Made by a program: the position numbers and the translations under genes. Of a stretch of 64,000 bases of DNA, positions 56,603 through 64,000 are shown piece by piece (the stretch's first letter is position 1; each line of letters opens with the position of its first letter). Source of the DNA: Epithemia pelagica (taxonomy: Eukaryota; Protista; Bacillariophyta); assembly GCA_946965045.2 (NCBI GenBank), contig OX337233.1, positions 2,356,001-2,420,000 of the forward strand. Reading direction: 5' to 3'. The notes under the pieces were generated by a model. The model was not told the origin of the DNA, made no database searches, and saw nothing but the letters and a program-made list of their open reading frames with translations.

Positions 56603-57898
56603 ATGATGGCGATGACGAGACGCTCGGCCCTCTTCGTTCTGTTCCAATTGTCTCTCAGTGTTTGTATCTCAGAAGGATGGATGGCCAGTCCGACCTTTCG
56701 TCTTGGGAGAACAAATCATCGAGCTGCGATGACTAGAAGTACAACGGCCTTAGAGGCAACGGTGCCCAAGAATCGATCGGGACGACAACCCAGTCGAGTT
56801 TCGGATCCCGATGGTCCCACACCAGAGGTTGAGCAAGGAGAAATTGAAGAAGTAGACCCTGACACAATTGAAGGGATTAAAGAAATCATGTCGAAAGAAG
56901 ACTTACCCCGTCCCATTCCTCATCAACCATGGCGGCTGGGTGACACGGCTGGCTGCGAAGCTCCCATTGACGCCGAATGGCGCCAAAAAGCCGAAGGTGT
57001 GATTGAAACATCCGTGAAACTGGTGGGAGGTCAGGTTCTCGATGTTACTTGGTACTTGACCCAGGTGATTGTGACGTTGGATGAAAACATTACCATCGCA
57101 CAACCAGAGCTGTTCAAAGCCAGTGGACCTGTCATCGAGGTGGAACAGCCAGAGGATCCACAATATTTTGATCCCAATGATCCAGAACCAGAAGTGATAA
57201 TGGATCCAGATGAGGTTATGTATCAGAGACAAACAGAGGAAGAAGTGGAGGAAGAAAAGGAGCGCAACTCCAACAAGTGGGCAGCCAAAGATGACGACGA
57301 CCCACCAGAGGAAACTCACAATCCCTATGAGGCAGCCGAGCCACAAGTTCCTCTCTATATGAATGAGGTGGGACGAGCTGACGTAAATTCTAGATATTTT
57401 GAAGAAGAACAAGAACTGTATGAGGAATCTCCCAAACTGGTCGATACGTCATCCATTTTAATTGATACGGCTGCCTTGTCCACCATTGCCGGAGCCATTC
57501 TGGAAGGGTTGGAAGAGGTGGAAGACGAACTGAATATTTTGGGAAGACACGAATTGGTCTTGACAAGTCCTGGTGCCCCCGATGTTCTCGAGACTCAAAA
57601 ACAATTCAATGCCTTTCGGGGGGCTCATGTCATTGTCGAAACACAAGATCCATGGGAATCGAATCGTACGCTCAAGGGACAATTGGTAGACCGAAACTCT
57701 ATGGATTTGATCATTAACCAAAAGGGACGAATGGTAACGATTCCACTCTGCTTTGTCAAATGTGTCCGAATCCCCCGACGGTCCAAACGCGATGACGACG
57801 AAGAGGAAGAGGAGGATGAATACGACGACACATTGTCAGAAGCGGAAGACCTTGTGGCATTCGAAGAAGAACAAGCGAATGGTTCTCCCATGCCTTGA
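56603..57898 (+). CDS. rimP: Ribosome maturation factor RimP, plastid-targeted
   Basis: Signal peptide ending SEG-W. ELVLTSPGAPDVL..QKQFNAFRGAHVIVET.DPW...LKGQLV.R...IPLCFVKCV matches RimP. Confidence 0.8.
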   Translation: MMAMTRRSALFVLFQLSLSVCISEGWMASPTFRLGRTNHRAAMTRSTTALEATVPKNRSGRQPSRVSDPDGPTPEVEQGEIEEVDPDTIEGIKEIMSKEDLPRPIPHQPWRLGDTAGCEAPIDAEWRQKAEGVIETSVKLVGGQVLDVTWYLTQVIVTLDENITIAQPELFKASGPVIEVEQPEDPQYFDPNDPEPEVIMDPDEVMYQRQTEEEVEEEKERNSNKWAAKDDDDPPEETHNPYEAAEPQVPLYMNEVGRADVNSRYFEEEQELYEESPKLVDTSSILIDTAALSTIAGAILEGLEEVEDELNILGRHELVLTSPGAPDVLETQKQFNAFRGAHVIVETQDPWESNRTLKGQLVDRNSMDLIINQKGRMVTIPLCFVKCVRIPRRSKRDDDEEEEEDEYDDTLSEAEDLVAFEEEQANGSPMP

Positions 57899-58075
57899 GC
57901 CCAATGTACTTTATAATTCTCGTACACTTCTTTCCCATTTCGAAGGTAACGAATTTAGTTTGGAGAATTACAACTAACATGAGCGTCAACAAAGTATAGG
58001 GTGTTATTATAAGTTGATCGAAACATAGGCAAAACATACAACAACGGTAGTAACAGTACCGGTATATCATGCTTC

Positions 58076-61000
58076 TTAATTCCGTCTCCACATTTTATGA
58101 ATGTTGGACATGTTCGGACTGCACTGTGCGGATTGAGCGAGCGCACCTTGGCCAGTGATTTTACAGCGTTCGTCACAGGGGACCATGTCCACGCCTCGTC
58201 CCATCAAGCATTCAATGCTGTCTTGGATCTGAATCATGACACGGTCGGATGGCGGAGCATGCCGGGATAAAATGACTCTGGCTTCTTCATACAGTTTCAG
58301 AGAACTTAACTGATCGTCCTTGTGGTAGTACAAGAAGGCGATATTGGATAATGTGTAGGCCATGACAACTTCGGCCACTTGTGTATGATCGGAGTCGACG
58401 ACAGAAGCTTCCTCCCCGACTCTCACACTGTCTTCAATGATTTTTCGTTGATATTCATAGGCAATCTCGAGCGCTCGAATGGCTGCGCCAATATCGCCCT
58501 GTTCATAGCGTAGGATAGCAATGTTGTTCATGATTTGAGCCAAATGAGGATGTCCAAAGCCCATGACTTTCAGGTATGTGCCTCGAATTTCTCCCATGGT
58601 CCGACCAGAAGCTGGAATATCCATGGCAGCGTATTGGAGGAGCGCCAGTTTCATCATTGTACTCGCAACCTTGGCATCATCAACACCATGGGCTGCCTTT
58701 CTCACTCTGACTGCTTCTTTCAGCACGCCATAGGCCTGCAAGTACTCTTCCGCCAGCAAATGCAGCATTCCAATCATGTGCAATGCCATTCCCACCAAAG
58801 CATGGTCTTCTGAATATGCTGCCTTAAAGCCATTCAATGCACTTTGACAAACTAACAGTGCTTCAGCAGGTTCGTCATTTTCAACGTATTCCATTATTTG
58901 TGCACGAACAGGAGAAAAGATTTTTTCAATTGTATCTACTGGACTTTGCGAGGCTCTTGACTGTGCCGTCATCTTGGCATGCATCATCAAGCTGCTCGGA
59001 TTGCTCTCACTTTCCCATGTTCCAGAGATGGTTTCTCTGGTTGTGATTTGTGTCTTGGCGCCAATGGTCAATCCAAATAAACTTGCGGAGAAGGGAAGAG
59101 CCGACCTAGCGTTTGTCTTGGCGGATGGTCTGCCGAACCAAGCCAAGACAGTTTCTCGGACGCGTTCGCGAGGAGTCCACTCACTGCGTATACTGCCCAA
59201 CAGAATGTAGTCGTAGATATCCGACAGCTGCAGTGTCTTGCGATGACCTTGTTGGACGGCATGTTTGCCAATGCTGGACCGCTTCTCTACGAGAGATGCC
59301 ATGACCGCGTCCTCACAAGCTTCCGGGTCCTCGGTTGATTCGCTGGTTTCGGACGATCCATCGGATTTTGATTCAAGCAACGTAGAAGAAGCGTTGCGAA
59401 CCTTTCTGTCCAGATACTCCTGCCTTGCATCATGCATTCGATCCAAGTGATGGTGAACAATTCTTTGTATCTTGTGGTGGTACGAGCTTGAAGTCTTCAA
59501 AGAAGGATTGGAATGGAAAGAACCAGATGTAAATGTGAAATCAAACGTGGATTCAGCTTCGATCCCCTCATCGAGATCTTCCACCGATTCATACAGTGCT
59601 TGAGATTCTTGCAAGTAATTGATAGCAGTAGTAAACTCCTCTTGAAGCTCCAGAACCATTGCCAGATTGGACATGGTCGTGGCCATTTGGTGGAGCGCAT
59701 AGTCCGTGTCGGTATGCGGACCGCTTTTCAGCAACGCTCGTTGCAGCATGAGGGATTCTTCCAGGGCCTTGGATGCCGCCATGGTGTCACCGGTTTCGGC
59801 ATGGAGAACTCCGATATTGTTCATGAGGACTGCGACAATGGGATGATCGTACCCAAGGGCTTGACAACATGTTTGTATGGTTTGTCGCCATGATTGGAGA
59901 GCCTTGTTGACGCGACCAGTGGACAAATGGATCAACCCCACGGCCATGGTGATCATGACGGCTTGAAGTGGTCGAGTTTCGGCAAACGGGTTGTCTTGTA
60001 GAATGAGTGCCGAAGCTTTGTTGGCGGTTTCCATGGCTTCTTGATTGCGACCTGCATAGAGAAGAAGGATGGACATTTTGGCCAAGGTTTCGACCCGCTC
60101 GTAGGTATCCAATTGCGCGGCGGCCGAACCAGCCGTAAAGCTTACCACGCGTTCAGTCGTTTGATGTTGTTTGTCCAGCGCTGCCTGGTAGACACTAATG
60201 GCACCTTCCACGTTGCCATTTCGCAAGCATTCTCTGGCCGACGAACTGGCATCTCCTCGATCGTCGGAAAGAAATGGTTGTTCGTACAGCGAGGACGAAT
60301 CGAGGGAGAAGGACGGAGAACCGGTCCAATTGTGGGCACCAAACGAAGTAGTCTGTTGAATGCCACCCGATCCAGTCTCCCCGTAGGCACCATTGCTGGA
60401 ATGGGACCGTCGAGAGAGCTGAAACTGAATATGTCGATCGAGCGATTCCTGAACCGTCCTTGTCGCCGAAGGCATGTACATGAATTTGGAGGTGGGATCG
60501 GGTTTGCGTTCCCCGTCTTCGTCCTCCTCAATGACTGCCAAGAGTGCGGGTGGTGTTCGCATCAAGGACAAGTTGACAATCCCCGAAAGAAGGAGAGACG
60601 CGGGCGTCATGGTCAAATTGCCCGCCACTTGAGTCCGCGAAAAGGACCCGAGTGTGAGACTTCCCGTGGCCGAACTTCCTCCTTGATGACCATCCAAATC
60701 GCTCGACGAGCGGGCCATGGTGGGAGGTCCATAATAGCCCGACGAGGAGGACGAGGAGGGCAATGTGGCATCCGTCGGGTGATGATGATGATGATGGTTG
60801 TAGGGTTGCGAGTTGGAGGATTCGGCATAAATCTTGACTTGATGCCGTCCCGCGTAGGTGACCCCCGTGGCTTCGCCGTAGGACGACGAGGAGGATGCCG
60901 TCGAGGGGGCCGCGGCCAAGGGCGACGACGGAGCAGTGGCAGTCACAGGGGCAGCCGCCGCCACAGGAGCCGCCGTTCTTCGTTTGGGACTAAAGGCTCG

Positions 61001-61987
61001 GGCGGTTCCTTTTTCCTGGTGGATGCTGCTCGTGTTGTTGCTGTTACTACTGGTCGGTTGGTGCTGGTTGTTTGGTTGCCTTTTGAGTTTTTTCTGAAAG
61101 AGGCTGAGGCCTACTCGTGAATATCGAGAAACAGTGCCCGCCGCGAGTACTGGATCGGTGCTACTGGACTTGTTCTGGTGGTTGTTGTTGTTGGATGGAT
61201 GGTCCAATCCGCCTTGTTGTTGTTGCCGTCTACCGATTCGCAATGGCGAAACGACACGGCTTTTGGAGGTGGATGATTCCAGTTTGGTTTGGGATTGCCT
61301 CTGCGATGAATATTGTTGTTGTTGTTGTTGTTGCAATAATTGTTGTTGGTGTGCTCGACTCGCTCTGGTTCGTTGCGGCGAGTAGGATCGGGGCGACAAA
61401 GAGTCCGAGTCGGTGGTGGGTTGTGTGGACGACGAATGGTCGGGCGAAATAATGCGAAAGGTGGTCCCCGGCAGCGGTTGCAGGGCGGCCAATCGATCCA
61501 ATTCATCGTGCAATTCCTGATGATTGCCCGACGACGACGCTGCCGTGGTTACCGTGACATGACTGGTGGCGCCGCGACTTTTGGAACTACTCTTGGAACG
61601 ACTTCTCCGATCGTCGCGTTGTTCGGGTCGCACGGAATACGGATGCGGCTGCTTTTTGCCGGCACTGGTGGCCGACGATCCCGGTGGATCCTTGCCCATG
61701 AATCTCTTGAAGGGAGAAATGGGTCGCTGTGAATGTTGTTGTTGTTGTTGTTGTTGTTGTTGCTTTTGGTGTTTGGAGGGAGATGCAGCCCGTGGTCTCT
61801 TGAACGGAGACAGCGATCGAGACCGTGAGGAAACCGAGGAGGAGTTGGCCGAAGGATCGGTGCTGTGGACATCTTGACTGTTCTTTCGATGAATGAGATG
61901 CTGGCTGGCATGAGTTTGGTGATGGTTGTTGTTATGATTGTGGTTGTTGTAGTTGTGGAGCTTGCCAAACACTTTGCCAAACACCAT
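58076..61987 (-). CDS. Large TPR protein (kinesin light chain/nephrocystin-3-like repeats) with poly-Q/N/S N-terminus
   Basis: HPIVAVLMNNIGVLH, MATTMSNLAMV, HALVGMALHMIG, HPHLAQIMNNIA, MAYTLSNIA. Likely ATG at 61987; the 3' end may be spliced. Confidence 0.85.
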   Translation of the reverse strand: MVFGKVFGKLHNYNNHNHNNNHHQTHASQHLIHRKNSQDVHSTDPSANSSSVSSRSRSLSPFKRPRAASPSKHQKQQQQQQQQQHSQRPISPFKRFMGKDPPGSSATSAGKKQPHPYSVRPEQRDDRRSRSKSSSKSRGATSHVTVTTAASSSGNHQELHDELDRLAALQPLPGTTFRIISPDHSSSTQPTTDSDSLSPRSYSPQRTRASRAHQQQLLQQQQQQQYSSQRQSQTKLESSTSKSRVVSPLRIGRRQQQQGGLDHPSNNNNHQNKSSSTDPVLAAGTVSRYSRVGLSLFQKKLKRQPNNQHQPTSSNSNNTSSIHQEKGTARAFSPKRRTAAPVAAAAPVTATAPSSPLAAAPSTASSSSSYGEATGVTYAGRHQVKIYAESSNSQPYNHHHHHHPTDATLPSSSSSSGYYGPPTMARSSSDLDGHQGGSSATGSLTLGSFSRTQVAGNLTMTPASLLLSGIVNLSLMRTPPALLAVIEEDEDGERKPDPTSKFMYMPSATRTVQESLDRHIQFQLSRRSHSSNGAYGETGSGGIQQTTSFGAHNWTGSPSFSLDSSSLYEQPFLSDDRGDASSSARECLRNGNVEGAISVYQAALDKQHQTTERVVSFTAGSAAAQLDTYERVETLAKMSILLLYAGRNQEAMETANKASALILQDNPFAETRPLQAVMITMAVGLIHLSTGRVNKALQSWRQTIQTCCQALGYDHPIVAVLMNNIGVLHAETGDTMAASKALEESLMLQRALLKSGPHTDTDYALHQMATTMSNLAMVLELQEEFTTAINYLQESQALYESVEDLDEGIEAESTFDFTFTSGSFHSNPSLKTSSSYHHKIQRIVHHHLDRMHDARQEYLDRKVRNASSTLLESKSDGSSETSESTEDPEACEDAVMASLVEKRSSIGKHAVQQGHRKTLQLSDIYDYILLGSIRSEWTPRERVRETVLAWFGRPSAKTNARSALPFSASLFGLTIGAKTQITTRETISGTWESESNPSSLMMHAKMTAQSRASQSPVDTIEKIFSPVRAQIMEYVENDEPAEALLVCQSALNGFKAAYSEDHALVGMALHMIGMLHLLAEEYLQAYGVLKEAVRVRKAAHGVDDAKVASTMMKLALLQYAAMDIPASGRTMGEIRGTYLKVMGFGHPHLAQIMNNIAILRYEQGDIGAAIRALEIAYEYQRKIIEDSVRVGEEASVVDSDHTQVAEVVMAYTLSNIAFLYYHKDDQLSSLKLYEEARVILSRHAPPSDRVMIQIQDSIECLMGRGVDMVPCDERCKITGQGALAQSAQCSPNMSNIHKMWRRN

Positions 61988-63195
61988 GGTGTTCGAACCG
62001 CACCTCAATGGCTAGTGGCTGTTGCTGTTGTTGTTGCGTCGTCCACCCAAAAGGCCACACACACAGTTTCAGGCCATGCACATGAACTAACCAAAACCTA
62101 CAGTGGTTCCCAGAACGGTGGCACCTCTTTTTGGATCCAACAGTCACTTTCAATTTGCAATGGTAAAGGTGCGTTTCAATCGAATAAGAGGTAGACCGTT
62201 GATGATGACTGGGAGCAAGACACACGGAGGAGGAGAGCGTGCGGAGGAGATGGAGGAGTGCCCGTTTCTTCCCTGTTTCCTCGGCTGTGTAAACTGTTGG
62301 TTCGTTTTTCTTGCCGAGTCCACCGACGCGAGAGAAAGAGGTGTTTGGCTCGTTCTTTCTCTACTACTACACACACACACACAAGAAGACCCCGAGTGTA
62401 CTGTGTCGGTTCGTTTCACTCTTGTCTCTTGCAAAAAAGTTGGTGTGCTTTTTGGAGGGAGATTGCGCCGGCCGCCGCCATGGATAAAAAATGGGGCTGT
62501 CGGTTGATGTCTCGGCGGGCGTTTCTGTCGGGTAAAGGCTGGCAACAGTTGAATTTTAAAAGAGCCTCCACAAAAATACTTACGGGCCATTGGCCGCGGC
62601 GCACGAATGATTGCGCCAAATTTCCGAGACGGAGTGCGCCACACCATGGACATTCAACTACTTGTTCCTATGCTCGACGAGATACACAATGGCCCCCAAC
62701 ACTATCTAGCTCTCTAGTGCCTAGTCTACCGCTGTCCTCATGGTGAGGACAAGTATACCCCAGTACATTTTCCTACGCAACGGAAAATCACTCAATTTTC
62801 AAAGTGGTTTTCAAGGCTTGGGGTAAAAATTCTCTACAGGAAATCGAATATGAGGAATTTTTTGATATGTTCAGTGGTCGAATCGGCCAAACTTTTTAAA
62901 GAAAAATTTATGTTCCAGATTTGAACTTCTGGTAGGCTTTCTACGTAGGGTACCCGGAGGTAGACTAGACACTAGAAAGAGAGAACACATCTCGGACTAA
63001 AGTGCGACAATGATTCTTTTTCCTGCGATTGAAAGACGACTTCATCACAACAACGAGACTTGACGTCATTTTTCAAATTTTCAAAAAGTACGTAAGCGAA
63101 AAGCCACATGGACATGGCCTTCATTTTGTTCTGCCAAAGACTTTTGCCAGAATTATTGGAGAGACAAGCATGGAGAAGCAATCCATACTGTCAGG

Positions 63196-63849
63196 ATGAA
63201 CTCAGCACCTACCAACATGTTCGTACTTCTTCTTCTTGTTGTTGCGGCAATCGATCCATTTTGGTCCAGAGTCGCAGTGAATGGATTTCCAGTTCAACCA
63301 ACCACGACGACGAGTCGATCCACGACCGACCTCCCATCGCCTTCATTGGCCCTCTCGATGCAGAACAATCATCTCGAGGAGGACAGCATCCAAGAAACAA
63401 CACCACACAGTCCGACATTCACGAGTCGGCGCGACGCCTTGGGATGGATGGCCGCAACGGCCGGCCTGATCGTGATGGGGGCACCTCAACCCTCGGCCGC
63501 CACGTACAGTGCCTACGCTCGTCGGGAACAGGATTGGGAGGCCCGACAAAAGAATGGCGAGGTCCAATACAGTTCGGCCCGCGAATTGCGTCAACAATTG
63601 CGCGAGATTGTCCCCCAAAATTCCGACAAGTCTCGCATCTTTTGTCCCAATGGACCCAGTGCGGCCGTGAGTCCCCTCATGGAAAACAAGTGTGGCGATC
63701 GCATGGCCACGCCCTCGGTCTATGGACGCTCGGACGATGCTGTGGGAAACTCGATTCCAGGATTTTCCAGTGAATATAAGTCCTCCTACATGATTGCCGA
63801 TAGTGTCGGAGGCTTTCCAACCTATCAGGGAACGCAGGGCAAACCGTAA
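63196..63849 (+). CDS. Plastid thylakoid-lumen hypothetical protein (signal peptide, transit, twin-Arg)
   Basis: [11 protein letters not shown]...[21 protein letters not shown]...SAA cleavage site, then [21 protein letters not shown]. Confidence 0.75.
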   Translation: MNSAPTNMFVLLLLVVAAIDPFWSRVAVNGFPVQPTTTTSRSTTDLPSPSLALSMQNNHLEEDSIQETTPHSPTFTSRRDALGWMAATAGLIVMGAPQPSAATYSAYARREQDWEARQKNGEVQYSSARELRQQLREIVPQNSDKSRIFCPNGPSAAVSPLMENKCGDRMATPSVYGRSDDAVGNSIPGFSSEYKSSYMIADSVGGFPTYQGTQGKP

Positions 63850-64000
63850 ACTTGAGAGTCTTTGTGTCCTTACTATACATGGAAAGGAAGGGACTGGTCC
63901 GTCGGGACGCCGTGGAGAACGTGGGATAGGATCGAACGAATCAGGTATACCTGCACAATGTAGTTCGTCGGTGGGAAACCTTGCCTCTGCCTCCAATCAC

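Noticed and set aside
1-57898. Era and RimP (both small-subunit maturation factors, plastid-targeted) co-located
   Set aside because: 56 kb apart with unrelated genes between them
1-64000. tRNA, rRNA, snRNA genes or CRISPR arrays
   Set aside because: No recognisable T-loop/cloverleaf, U1/U2/U6/U3 5' signature or repeat-spacer array found by eye; tRNAscan-SE and Infernal would be needed to exclude them fully

Overview
This is a gene-dense eukaryotic nuclear window with short GT-AG introns. It is most consistent with a diatom: bipartite plastid-targeting presequences, class C GPCR, diatom-type S/P-stalk LRR protein and stramenopile-type atypical MAPK. About 25 protein-coding genes are supported. 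They include an Era GTPase (5' part, absent from the ORF track), clathrin heavy chain, ALG14, STRAP, a GABA-B-like GPCR, a VOC/glyoxalase protein, isocitrate lyase, poly(A) polymerase, a PrsW-type membrane protease, a Cys-rich/KH protein, MAPK, ATG18/WIPI, an FHA (NIPP1-like) protein, SDHAF4, DLST, PA28, RimP and a TPR protein. Non-routine observations: (1) a single in-frame TGA interrupts an otherwise intact VOC gene, which also has a 3' tandem duplication and a weak SECIS-like hairpin; (2) a 1,377-bp non-autonomous DNA transposon with perfect 85-bp TIRs (CCCT...AGGG) and an apparent 6-bp TTTTAT target duplication; (3) a 100-aa bZIP-like microprotein lacking the invariant basic-region residues; (4) a PrsW protease fused to a PLAC8-like segment and an NNQYN repeat loop; (5) a mitochondrial radical-SAM-like protein without CxxxCxxC; (6) a degenerate GHKL-like protein. 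All family calls come from motif recognition by eye; no database searches were run.
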